The notes under the pieces are model-generated. The model ran no database searches and was not told the DNA's origin. It worked only from the letters and a program-made list of their open reading frames with translations. Positions 47,300 through 59,044 of a DNA stretch of 64,000 nt are shown one piece after another. The position numbers and the translations under genes were made by a program. Each line of letters opens with the position of its first letter. Position 1 is the stretch's first letter. The stretch spans positions 682,001 to 746,000 of the forward strand of contig CATNEN010000031.1 in the NCBI GenBank assembly GCA_950097015.1. Direction: 5' to 3'. The DNA comes from Macrostomum hystrix. Its lineage: Eukaryota; Animalia; Platyhelminthes.

Positions 47300-47910
47300 T
47301 CCATTCATTCATGCTCCTTCCATTGTGCACATTCCACTGCTCCTACCATTGTGCACATTCCACTGCTCCTTCCATTGTGCACATTCCACTGCTCCTTCCA
47401 TTGTGCACATTCTACTGCTCCTTCCATTGTGCACATTCTACTGCTCCTTCCATTGTGCACATTCCACTGCTCCTTCCATTGCGCACATTCCACTGCTCCT
47501 TCCATTGTGCACATTCCACTGCTCCTTCCATTGTGCACATTCCACTGCTCCTACCATTGTGCACATTCCACTGCTCCTTCCATTGTGCACATTCCACTGC
47601 TCCTACCATTGTGCACATTCCACTGCTCCTTCCATTGTGCACATTCCACTGCTCCTTCCATTGTGCACATTCCACTGCTCCTACCATTGTGCACATTCCA
47701 CTGCTCCTACCATTGTGCACATTCCACTGCTCCTACCATTGTGCACATTCCACTGCTCCTACCATTGTGCACATTCCACTGCTCCTTCCATTGTGCACAT
47801 TCCACTGCTCCTTCCATTGTGCACATTCTACTGCTCCTTCCATTGTGCACATTCTACTGCTCCTTCCATTGTGCACATTCCACTGCTCCTTCCATTGTGC
47901 ACATTCCACT
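47300..47910. repeat. 26-bp minisatellite (CCATTGTGCACATTCCACTGCTCCTT)n in intron 5
   Basis: Direct tandem copies between the donor at 47253 and the acceptor at 47983. Confidence 0.95.
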
Positions 47911-47983
47911 TACTCCCCATTCTGTGCATCCAATTAAAAACGTGTGCCATGCAGATGACCGAGTTGCTCGCACCCTTTCGCAG

Positions 47984-50108
47984 CTTCATCAGCACCCAGG
48001 AGGCCCTGACTAGTTGCCAGTCCGCTGCGGCCCTAGATGGCTTCAAGCCGCTCCTGACTATTCGCGCTGGCTCCGCTGTTCGCTTCCAGGAGGTCGTCGA
48101 CTCGCTACTTCGCGGCGCCGCCTACTCCTGGATGTCGGCAGCAGAGTCCGCCGAGATGCGCCAGTTTGTCGGCCTCAGCAACTTCACTGTTGGCGCCTAC
48201 AGCCAGGTGAAGCTGGTGTTCCGCAACTCGGTCGGCCTGGCCCGGGCACACCTCACCTTCCAAGCCTCCGCGTTTGACTTCACCAACTTCTTCAGCTCGG
48301 CGAATCTCATCTCCAGCTTTCCCTGGCGACTGGAGTACGTGAAGGAGACGCTCGACCTGAGCTGGAGCCTCCGCAGCGACCGCTTCCCCAGCCTCCTGTT
48401 CTCCATCCTGACACACTCGGCTGCAGCCTCTTCCGCATCGGCGAAAGCCTCTGCCACCGCAGTCGCTGCCGCGGCCGACTCCCAGTGCGCTGGTCGCAGC
48501 GGCCTCCTGGCTGTTCTGACCGATAAGGACGGCTGCGAGGACCTGCCGGGTCCGTATCCCCGCTTCCGCTTCTCCCCCTCTGGCCGGCCAGCCGCTCTAG
48601 CCGAGATGGAGGACCTGGAATCTCTCCAGCTGCTCGCCAGGCCACTCGCAACGGACGCTGACGGCTGGCTGCCCGGCCTCATCGCGTCTGCCGACATGCC
48701 GGTGACGCTAAGCGAGTTGCTTAGCAACGGCATGCTCGCCTACCCGGCCGAGGCCGCCCCTGCTGGCGCCCTGCGTCCTGGCCTGTTCTACAAGTCCGTG
48801 CTGCTCCGCTCCCGCCCGCTGGCCTTCCCCCTGATCCGCCTCCGCCTCACGGCCGCCTCCGCAAAAGTTCAGCAGATTATCTACAACGGCACCTTTGATC
48901 GCGACCGCATTGTGCAATCCACCTGGACCAGCCGGATACTGACCTCCGCCCGACTCTTCGCTGCCGATCCACCGTTCGCCTACGCCATCGGCGACGCCGC
49001 CCCCTGCCAGCTAGGCAATGCCACCGGCGTCCTCTACTTCAACCTGGACAACATCTGCCCGATTGTGGCCGACGCCAGGCGCGGCTGGTCCGTCCTAATG
49101 TCCACCGAGACCGATCGCATGGTCGACTGGAGCCAGGCCCAGCGTGCGGTCTACATAGAAATCTCTCTGAAGCGGCGAACCACTTTGGACACCGCTGCCG
49201 CCGCGCTTGCTGCCTTTGCCACCTCATCCGCAGCTGGAGCCTCAGCCGGTGCTGGAGCCTCGGCCGGTGCTGGAGCCTCAGCCGGTGCTGGAGCCTCGGC
49301 CGGTGCTGGAGCCTCAGCCGGTGCTGGAGCCTCAGCCGGTGCTGGAGCCTCGGCCGGTGCTGGAGCCTCAGCCGGTGCTGGAGCCTCGGCCGGTGCTGGA
49401 GCCTCAGCCGGTGCTGGAGCCTCGGCCGGTGCTGGAGCTTCATCTGGTTCTGGAGCCTCAGCCGGTGCTGGAGCCTCGGCCGGTGCTGGAGCCTCATCTG
49501 GTGCTGGAGCCTCGGCCGGTGCTGGAGCCTCATCTGGTGCTGGAGCCTCAGCCGGTTCTGGAGCCTCGGCCGGTGCTGGATCCTTGGCCGGTGCTGGAGC
49601 CTCAGCCGGTGCTGGAGCCTCGGCCGGTGCTGGAGCCTCATCTGGTGCTGGAGCCTCGGCCGGTGCTGGAGCCTCATCTGGTGCTGGAGCCTCAGCCGGT
49701 TCTGGAGCCTCGGCCGGTGCTGGATCCTTGGCCGGTGCTGGAGCCTCATCTGGTGCTGGAGCCTCGGCCGGTGCTGGAGCCTTGGCCGGTGCTGGAGCCT
49801 CGGCCGGTACTGGAGCCTCATCTGGTGCTGGAGCCTCATCTGGTGCTGGAGCCTCATCTGGTGCTGGAGCCTCATCTGGTGCTGGAGCCTCGGCCGGTGC
49901 TGGAGCCTCGGCCGGTGCTGGAGCCTCATCTGGTGCTGGAACCGGTGCTGGAGCCGTTGCTGGTGCTTCAGCTGCTTCCGGTGCATCCGCAGCCTCTGGA
50001 GCCTCGGCAGCTTCCGGTGCCTCCGGTGCTTCTGGTACTTCCGGTGCTTCTGGCTCTTCGTCAGCTTCCGCTGCCTCCGCAGCTTCCGCTGGCAGTCTCA
50101 GCGGTTAA
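47984..50108 (+). CDS. Secreted mosaic protein, exon 6 (two related globular domains plus (AGAGAS)n silk-like tail)
   Basis: ccctttcgcag| (phase 2); open to TAA at 50106-50108; 18-bp coding repeat GCCGGTGCTGGAGCCTC(A/G) from ~49225, then a non-repetitive Ala/Ser/Gly end written with mixed synonymous codons. Confidence 0.85.
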
Positions 50109-50764
50109 GCTTACTGTCGTTGAAATTGTATGCTCTGTTGTTGCAAGCGCTGTTCCGTTTCTCTAACTTATTTGTTTCGTTTCAACAAATACATCTTGTT
50201 ACCTGAATTAGCATTCCATTTTTGCGCCTTTGACTTCATCGCCTGTGACAGTTCTAGATTTACTTGCTAACAACAATTCGCTAGCGCGGATTCGATAATA
50301 GCCAAATGAAGTGCGCTAGAAAAAGAACTCATTATTTTATTTGTCACGCAAATTTCCCTGGAGGCCATCTGTTAGTGGAGCCATGGCTCTTCAATCAATG
50401 TCATAGAGTGGCATTCTGAACGCGGCGATGGCTAACGACTGTTATCGGACTTTTGAATTTCACTGATGCTTCTCGGCATGATTCGGATGACACCTCTGAC
50501 ACCGCTTTAGTTTATTAAGATTTTGAGTAGGCCAGCCTACTTAAGCCTACTCAATAATATTCTATCTGGTGAAATTTGATCCGATGCGATCCGGGCGAAC
50601 TGAACGATTTTAGACGAAATTTGAGACTCGTGTGAATAGCTTCAATAATAGCTTGGCAGAGATTGCACATAACCTTTGCTGAGCACTTTGTCAGATCTGG
50701 CTGTTTGTTAGCATACTAACCGTATTAATAATACTGAGCCCCAGCCCACATCCGAAATATTTTA

Positions 50765-51120
50765 AGGGATAGCTTCAGCCTAACTGAGGATTTGGGAGAG
50801 GGATAGCTTCAGCCTAACTGAGGATTTGGGGGAGGGATAGCTTCAGCCTAACTGAGGATTTGGGGGAGGGATAGCTTCAGCCTAACTGAGGATTTGGGAC
50901 AGGGATAGCTTCAGCCTAACTGAGGATTTGGGGCAGGGATAGCTTCAGCCTAACTGAGGATTTGGGACAGGGATAGCTTCAGCCTAACTGAGGATTTGGG
51001 GCAGGGATAGCTTCAGCCTAACTGGGGATTCAGGGAGGGGTAGCTTTAGCCTAACTGGGGATTCAGGGAGGGATATCTTCAGCCTAAATCTGGGGATTTG
51101 GAAGAGGGATAGCTTCAGCG
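50765..51120. repeat. 34-bp minisatellite (GGGATAGCTTCAGCCTAACTGAGGATTTGGGGGA)n
   Basis: Direct tandem copies; period measured from 50801 to 50835. Confidence 0.92.
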
Positions 51121-52564
51121 TGGTACAGGTCTGAGTTCCTGAAACTAAAGCACTCGCAACACTGTCCAGCATGTGTAATTGAGCAAGCTCTCACAGTTGC
51201 CCTTAAAAGGCATGCCTGCAATGCATGAATTCATGAATTTAAACATTGGAGTGACGGATTTCACACTCCAGCCCCACCCTTCTGATTACCCATTAGCCAA
51301 GACTGTGAAAAGCAGGGATGATGAAATGATGGGAATTTTATCCTCGCATGCTGATTACGCAATCATTCAGCAGCCACCCTGCCAAGGCAATTCTTGTCCG
51401 CAAACTTCAGTTGCAGCATTGGTTCAATTCTGCCTGCGAGAGCCCCAATGCCTTCTTGAGGCTCTTAATTTATTGGACAAACTTGTGATGCTGCTGCTGC
51501 TGCTGCTGCTGCTTCAACACGCCCGCTAATAGCATGGCAGTGTGTGTGCGTGACTCACTCTCGCCCCGTTTTGACTGAGAACAGGCACCGACTGCATTCC
51601 GATGACGCAACTTGAAGGTGCAGCACGAGTTTGATTTTGTGACTGTGCTCACAGGCTGGGGTCAGCTGGCCTGCTGTAGTAGAGCTGCTTGCTCACAGGG
51701 TATTCTAGATACTCTACCAACCGTAAATTCTATACCCAGGTTTAAGTCTTGTACTTTAAAGAAATCGGTAGAAACAGCGGTACAAAATGCTTGCAATACA
51801 AATTTGCCTGCCATTCACACTAGCGTGACTAATTGCCAATGGACTGTGCAGTGGAGGAAGGGGTGGGCGAACTTCAAGGAACTTCTGCCGTGTCTGCATT
51901 GCGCATGGTTCCCGGCTATGCCTAATTTGGAGTGCAATTTCCTGCTGCACGGCGACCCCCGCTGTCAATTCTCCCCATTCTTCACACCCAGACTTTGCGG
52001 GCCATAACCTCCAGGGGGCTGACTGTCTGTCAAGCCGGTGCAGGTGCACTTGTTTGTCTCCCAGTTGGGAGGGTATGACTCAACTCCCCAGTTACTACTG
52101 TTGTTGAGCACTTCCCCATTCTCTTTCTTCGCTTGTCACTTACCTTCCTCTCTACCTGGCATGCTCAGTACGCCAGCGCGCTCTCGCTCTGTCTCCTTCT
52201 ATGTCTCCAGTACGCCTGCCCCGATCCTCAAGGCAGCTCAGCGCTCTGATTGGCTAGTCCGTCTCCTCCTTTCCCCCTATCTGGGTCTTACCCTCTTTCC
52301 CGCCACTCTCTCTTCTTTCTTAGCCGCTGAGCTGGCCAAGCTGAGAAGGCTTCCCTGCGCGGGTTCGGACTGATCTCCAGGTATTTGAGCCGGCTGGGGA
52401 CGCCACGCCCCTCGTTGCGCACCGTTGAGCCGCTTCAGTTTCTCCTCCGAGCCGAACACCGCCTGACTAAACCGATTGCACCTGCTGTGAACTCGAGCAT
52501 TTTGAGAATTTCGGGAGCCAGTCCAGGTGAGTGCAGCGCGCATCGCTTTTTACCTGGATTGCGA

Positions 52565-52710
52565 TCCCGCAATTTAAATAGACACTCGGGCGGTTGTAAT
52601 CACCGAGACGTCGGGAGTTCGAAGCTCAGCAAGGAAACTAGTCTAGTCATCGAGCAAGACACATAATGTCCCATTATATTAAGTCCACTCTGTTGTAAAA
52701 TGGCTCCATG
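52565..52710 (+). mobile_element. Degenerate CORE-like tRNA SINE fragment
   Basis: GAGTTCGAAGC B-box-like, then GAGCAAGACACATAA...AGTCCACTCTGTTGTAAAATGG, parallel to the element at 2340-2620. Confidence 0.5.
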
Positions 52711-52734
52711 TTTAGCATTCTAGTAGGCTTAGAT

Positions 52735-53329
52735 CAGAGATCAGCAAACTCCGGCCGGCGGTCCAGATGCGGCCCTCGTAGCTCCCAAATCCGGCTCGTT
52801 GCCCCTTCCAACACCTATAGTATCCTGTCTCATCTTTCCCTTGTCCCTCATCTGGAGATGGAGAGTCTCGTCTCTCCCCTGTCTCATCTCACCCCTGTCT
52901 CGTCTCTCCCCTGTCTCATCTCTTCCCTGTCTCATCTCACCCCTGTCTCATCTCTCTCCCGTCTCGTCTCTCCCCTGTCTCATCTCACCCCTGTCTCGTC
53001 TCTCCCCTGTCTCATCTCACCCCTGTCTCATCTCACCCCTGTCTCATCTCTCTCCCGTCTCGTCTCTCCCCTGTCTCATCTCACCCCTGTCTCGTCTCTC
53101 CCCTGTCTCATCTCTTCCCTGTCTCATCTCTCCCCTGTCTCATCTCTTCCCTGTCTCATCTCACCCCTGTCTCATCTCTCTCCCGTCTCATCTCACCCCT
53201 GTCTCATCTCTCTCCCGTCTCATCTCTCCCCTGTCTTATTTCTCTCCTTTCTCATATTCCTAAAGTCAATGCTTTCGTCTTTTTAGTTTCTCTCCGTGGC
53301 CCGCTAGCTAATAAGTTTGCCGACCCCTG
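52735..53329. mobile_element. Non-autonomous hAT (Charlie-like) element, 595 bp, with an internal CT-rich minisatellite
   Basis: Left end CAGAGATCAGCAAACTCCGGCC..., right end ...AAGTTTGCCGACCCCTG (CAGGGGTCGGCAAAC type TIR); TSD GCTTAGAT (52727-52734) / GGTTAGAT (53330-53337); (CCCTGTCTCATCTC..)n at 52860-53240. Confidence 0.85.
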
Positions 53330-55459
53330 GGTTAGATTTTTGTGTCCATGGACTGTAAAGTTGTACGCAGCCTTCACATTGGTTGTACATCTGGCCCAAA
53401 TGCCATCTACCCACTATGAAGTGTCTAGTCGATTCCACTGCCTCATTAAAAATATGCGATGGGGAGACTAAAACTGGACCTATTCACACCGAAATCGAAT
53501 TTTTTAAGTTTCTTAAAAATTGATCGCTGGTCCTAATGGATCCTTTCCGCTTGGCCAGCCACCGCAATCACTGAGCTCTCATTAACTCTGGACTCAAACT
53601 TTCACACTGAGAGCCTTTGCTAAGGAGCAAGAGAGAGCAGCTGGGAGGCCCGGGTTACATGAGATCGCACTCAGCTGAGCTGCTGTTGCACCCGTCACCC
53701 TCTTGTGAGCTAGTTTCTAGTATATAGACTCATCGATTGCTGCTACATAGCTGCAGTCGGGGGTGTCACAGAAGCTCCAGCAGCTCGCGGCATGCAAATG
53801 AGTCCGCGACCCGGCCTTGCAATGTATTGAGTTATTAAAAAAATCCAGCCAGCCTCGCAGAAGATGGCAGCCGGCCCTCCCGCATCCAAGTCTGCTAGAA
53901 GGTATGAGATTACCTGAATAACTGCCCCCTCCCAAATCCGTGAAGTGGAGTGGAAATACCCCAGCTCCGCTTCCTTGAATGCCTAGTACTAAAGTACATT
54001 TCAGCACTGGATCTTGTGCTGCCTTGTTTTCTGCTGCTTTGCGTGCAGATTTCTATCTGGGTGGGGATTTTCTCCCAATGAATTTTGCCATTCCCCCTGT
54101 GTCAGGCCTGAAACAAAAGCAATTATTGTGGTCTACAGGCCCGCCTTGGTGCACTTTCAGGCTGCTGTTTCAATTACTGGCAGCAAAGGCATTCAGTGCA
54201 CCAAAATGGAGAAAGTTTTCCAATTCCAAAGCAAAAACTCATTGGTCTTGTTGGTGTTGAAGCCAAAGTGTCCATTCTTGCTCTGTTTGTTTTTCATTTC
54301 TTTCGCCGAAAGACCACGAGCCAAAAGTGCAACGACAAGAGGTCCGGGTTGCCAACTGTTGCTGATAGAGGACATAAGCTTAGCCAGGTAGATGGACAGA
54401 CTGGGCACACACTTTTGCGGCCGTGTCTTTCGCTCCTCCAACCTTCTCGCTTTCTCTCTCTCTCTCTCTCTCTATATTTTAGGCGAGGGCGAAACGGCGA
54501 TGAAAAAAAATGAGCGAAAGAAAAAAGGCCCACAGGCACTGAGCCCCGCGTAACTAATAGGTTTCGGGGGCTACAGGGGAAATCGGCGCTAATGAGGGAG
54601 ATTTTGCACACCTGGCCACTGGCGCACCTGTTTATCGTCGGCGAGGATTCCTCCCCCCCGCCGATGGGAACAAGGCCACCGGGTTAGATTTTTTCCTCTC
54701 TAAACTTTTAGACGCATCCGCTGCGCATTTTCGGCCGCCGCTCCAACGAGATGGTGCCTACAAATCATGGGATGGACAGGTCACCGAGACTAGCCGAGTT
54801 ATTATCTATTAGTTCGACTTCCTTTAGTCTGTCGGCCTCTTTAACTCTCTTTTTTTACTGTCAGTTGGTTTCAGCCACTCACCAATTCTTTCCTAGAAAC
54901 TTTATACATTTTATATAATAAGTTTTCAAAGAAGTGTGATCTATCTTTCGTTGCCTTTTTGGCCAGCCTATGCTCATAGTTACTTCCCCTCACAATTGAT
55001 CGCTGATTCTTGTTGGCAGCCTCACCGCCAACTGTCAATCCTGTGTGGTATGTGAGATGCGCCCCTCTTGCCAGCTGTCTTGCTCTGCTGTCTCTTCTAC
55101 CTCAGCTCCGCGACCTGCCCGGCCTTCCCCATCGGAATCCGACTCCCTGCTGGTCCAGAATGCATGGCCAGCGCATCCCACAAATATCCCCCTTTGGCGC
55201 ACAACAAGGCAGCGGAGTGGGAGGAAGGGAGACAGGCAGAGGCGGGGGATGACAAGCCGGAGGACAGGTCGAAGGGGATAGGAAGAGCCTCCGAGGGAAG
55301 AGCTGAATGGCTAGCTATCAGGTTGCAGGAGCAGAGCGCAGCACACAGGCAGGGCCTCTTCGTAGTTGAGGCTATAACTAGTTAGGCACAGCAGCCTCCC
55401 GAGATACCAGGGTTCCACCAATACCAGCTTCAACTCCCGCAGCATCTCCCAAACCAAGA

Positions 55460-57154
55460 ATGCGCTGGAAGTTTTGGAAGAAGGCGGCACAGCCTGAGCT
55501 GCAGCAGCAGCTGCCGTCAGACACCCAGGCAGATAGAAGCCTTAACCGTCAGAAGAAGCGGCGGCACTTTGAAGCCTCGTGCATTGCCGGCGCTGACACT
55601 GGCGACGAAGATTTCATCTTCGAGAGCTTCGAACGTCGGACAGCGCTCCCCGACCAGCGGGCAAATCTTCAACCGCCGCAACCACCGTCTCCGCCGCTAC
55701 CACCGACGCCGCCTCCGCCGAGGAAGAAGGAGAGCCACACTCTGCCGCGGTTCCTTCGCAGGGCGGCGAGCGTCGGGCGAAGCAAGGGTGCCCAGGCCGA
55801 AGGGACAAACGGCGCCGCGTCGGGGTCCCAGGCCATGGCCGGTAAGAAGGCAGCCGCCAGCTCTGATGAGGGCTTCCCGTCTGCCTCGTCGGGCGATCTG
55901 CTCAGCGCCGAGGACGACTCGCCCCTGGCTTACTGCCCGCACTGCAGGGCCGTGGTGCAGCCGCTGACGGTGAAGAAGCGGTCCCAGATCCGCACCAACC
56001 CCTGGCTCAAGGAGCGCAAGCGGCCGCGCATCCAGGACGACGGTGTGATGCAGAAGAGCCTGGACTCCGGCATCTCCGGCCTAGAAGATGCCAGCGCTCG
56101 GACTCCACAGTCCGCGGAGCCAGTGGAACTAACAGCGACGGCAGCGCAGACCGACGAGCTGGGCGTTGACGAGCCGGGCGAGTTCGACGAATCTCCTGGC
56201 AGCGCAGTCAACAGTGACAGCGATGGCAGCTCCACGCCCATCCTGAACCTGCGCCAGTTCCAGCCAAAGCGGAAAGTGCTCAGGAAGCGGCGACATCGTC
56301 GACGTCAACTGTCACCTGAGCAGCTGCGGCAGCAGCAGCAGCAGCAAGAACACATGCAGCAGCAGCAGTGCTGGGAAGCTGCCTACCTCTCAAGTGACGA
56401 CGAGGACCTCGCCGCTGACGCGGAGGTTTTAGCGATACATGCCTCGGCGTACACCGCCGCCTCCCAGCCGTTGTCCATAATGGCCGAGGGCATCGCCAGC
56501 GCGGGCTTCGTGCCCGAGGAGCAGAAGCTGACTGCAGTGGCCGAGGTGACGCCTGTCAGCATGAGCAGCGGCGGCGACTCCAGCAGCCTCTGGTGGGACA
56601 TGGATCGGCGTTACCTGCGCCTAATGATGGCGCCGCCGCCAGACACGAGCAGCTGCAGCAGCAGCCTCAACCTGACCGAGGCGGCCGCCTGCCAGACTCC
56701 GGTGCTCCGCTCCGACTCGGAGGGCACCGAGTTCGACTCGCCAGCCGACTCCGACTCCGAGATGGAGTTCGAACTGCCGCCTCAGTCGATGCCGCTGAAG
56801 TCAACAGAGGAGTCGCTCGCGGATGCCGTTCGGCGCCTCGCTGCCCAGAGGGACAGCCTGGATCGGCGCTTCCGTGACATTGGCGAACAGTCGCGCCGCA
56901 GCAGCACAGCCGGCGGTCGCGGCAGCCTCTTCGCTCGCGAACTGGAGCTGTACAGGAGGGAGCTGCTTCTGAGGGCCCTGGCCTCGGTGCGCGACCAGCT
57001 GGACTACCAGATGCTGCGGCTAGAGCAGCGGCCGCCGCCGGCGCCGTCGCCGCCACCGCAGCAGACAAGCTGCCTGCGACAGGCGTCAGATCCGAACGGT
57101 CGCCGCTTGTCCATTGTTCGCTGCGGCCCTGGAGAACGGATGTCCTACCACTGA
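55460..57154 (+). CDS. Intronless 564-aa uncharacterized, largely low-complexity protein
   Basis: Long GC-rich ORF with ATG and stop, codon style like the other exons; Pro, Gln and acidic tracts; C-terminal coiled-coil-like helix. No family recognised. Confidence 0.75.
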   Translation: MRWKFWKKAAQPELQQQLPSDTQADRSLNRQKKRRHFEASCIAGADTGDEDFIFESFERRTALPDQRANLQPPQPPSPPLPPTPPPPRKKESHTLPRFLRRAASVGRSKGAQAEGTNGAASGSQAMAGKKAAASSDEGFPSASSGDLLSAEDDSPLAYCPHCRAVVQPLTVKKRSQIRTNPWLKERKRPRIQDDGVMQKSLDSGISGLEDASARTPQSAEPVELTATAAQTDELGVDEPGEFDESPGSAVNSDSDGSSTPILNLRQFQPKRKVLRKRRHRRRQLSPEQLRQQQQQQEHMQQQQCWEAAYLSSDDEDLAADAEVLAIHASAYTAASQPLSIMAEGIASAGFVPEEQKLTAVAEVTPVSMSSGGDSSSLWWDMDRRYLRLMMAPPPDTSSCSSSLNLTEAAACQTPVLRSDSEGTEFDSPADSDSEMEFELPPQSMPLKSTEESLADAVRRLAAQRDSLDRRFRDIGEQSRRSSTAGGRGSLFARELELYRRELLLRALASVRDQLDYQMLRLEQRPPPAPSPPPQQTSCLRQASDPNGRRLSIVRCGPGERMSYH

Positions 57155-57559
57155 GCACCCTTCTGCCCGCCACGGTGGAGGTAAAATTATTTCTAAGAAA
57201 AAGTGAAATAACCCTACCCCCTGGAAATCATTCGTTGGTGACGAAATCTCATTTGAAAGATCCATTTTAATGCACGATTAAAGGAAATAAGATCCAAAGA
57301 GTCATATAAGATTTATTGCGGAGTTCAGATTATCGAAATCTGAATCGGCCTGTGGTGGGACAGGAAATCCATTTAAAAGAGCTTCTGCGCAGTAAAATCG
57401 ATTTGATCTTTTTCTGAAACTGGCCAAAACAATTCTGGCTGATGGAAGATGTAAAACACACTACAGACAGCTAGAACGCCCAGGGGTAGAAAATAGATTA
57501 TGAGAACACATTGAGGTTGTAGATTAATCTGTGGAGCACCCAAAATCTTATATAAATCA

Positions 57560-57800
57560 GTAGAACACCACAGAGTGTTAGATAGATCAGTAGAACACCA
57601 CAGAGTGTTAGATAGATCAGTAGAACACCACAGAGTGTTAGATAGATCAGTAGAACACCACAGAGTGTTAGATAGATCAGTAGAACACCACAGAGTGTTA
57701 GATAGATCAGTAGAACACCGCAAAGTGTTAGATAGATCAGTAGAACACCGCAAAAGTGTTAGATAGATCAGTAGAACACGACAAAGTGTTAGATAGATTA
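57560..57800. repeat. 30-bp minisatellite (CAGAGTGTTAGATAGATCAGTAGAACACCA)n
   Basis: Direct tandem copies. Confidence 0.93.
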
Positions 57801-59044
57801 GCACAACACACTCAAGTGGTAGATGAATGCCAGATAAAGGTGACACAGAACTGCACGCCCCACCACCTGCCTCAAACTCTAGATGGCTACCTCGGCAACA
57901 TCCCCATTCGCTGCTAATTAAACGTGGCGGCACTCTTCCACCAGAGTCGGGTGTCGACTGCCATATCGCATGGTAATCTGTCATCTAGCATCTGTCATCT
58001 TTGTGACATTATTAGTCCAGCCTCTTTTAACTGATTGTTTGATTCAGTCATCGTTCATCTGTTTGTGTTTATCTGTTGCACATCCTGTTATATATTCAAG
58101 CAGCTCTGCATAGAAAGATTCCTAATCGAGCTTTGGCTGTTTGAGTCGATTAAAGTCTTAATTTTTTCTTTCAACATTTTCCTATTTTTGTTTTCTTTCG
58201 TTGTCGTTTTGTTTTCATCCCGCTTCTGTTCGACAATCCTAATGCTTTGATGTTTTCTAAGTTTTTCATTGGTCATACATTTTCATCTCCTAGACCATGT
58301 TGTGCCCTAGGAGATGATCAAAATTTACTCGGACTAAACCAACATTTATCTAGTCACCACCCGCCCCATTTTGTCAGTTCACCGCGAGTTTCAATTTTCG
58401 TCCACCCTTATTTCGCTAGATGTTCTTAGCAACGGCGTCGGCGTCCTCGGCAACAGTTGTTTGTCTAGCGTTTTTTCGAAGCGACTGAACTGTAAAAAAT
58501 GGGTTGGAGTACCCGCCTCCCTAGTCAAACTGCACCGCAATGCATAAACACTTTTTTCAGTTATTTTTGTTATTCTATTGTTATGTTACTGTTTTTCTAA
58601 ACATAGTCATTGAATTTGTTCTAACTGTTTTTAGTTTGATTGGCTCTTCGATACTAAAGCAACAGTTTCTGTGTCTAGGTGTTCCCGTTTGTATTTAAAA
58701 GCGAATTTCAAAATCAATCCAAGACTGGCATCCTTATGAAGATGACAATAGAAGACTAATTAATTGGTCTGACAGATCCCCGTACTGTTATCTGCATTGC
58801 TGCTTTTGTTATCCTCTAATCAATGGTCAGTCAATCTGGTGTGATAAAAGCTTACAAAGCACTCTGGTACACATTGCCTGACTAAATTTAGGCTGATAAA
58901 TACATTTTCGTTCAGTAAAACTCTTTTTTCGATTTCATGTGTAAGCATTTTTTAGTTTATTGAGATGCACACCTGCCTGTGACTGGATCAGTAAAGAGGC
59001 GGACATTTGTTTGTAATTGAACTAGTACAGAGGTGGAATGAGGA

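Noticed and set aside
47210-47983. Cys/His-rich ORF starts (HCSFHCAHS...) fused to the 940-aa ORF
   Set aside because: They lie in a 26-bp intronic array between a good donor (47253) and a phase-matched acceptor (47983).
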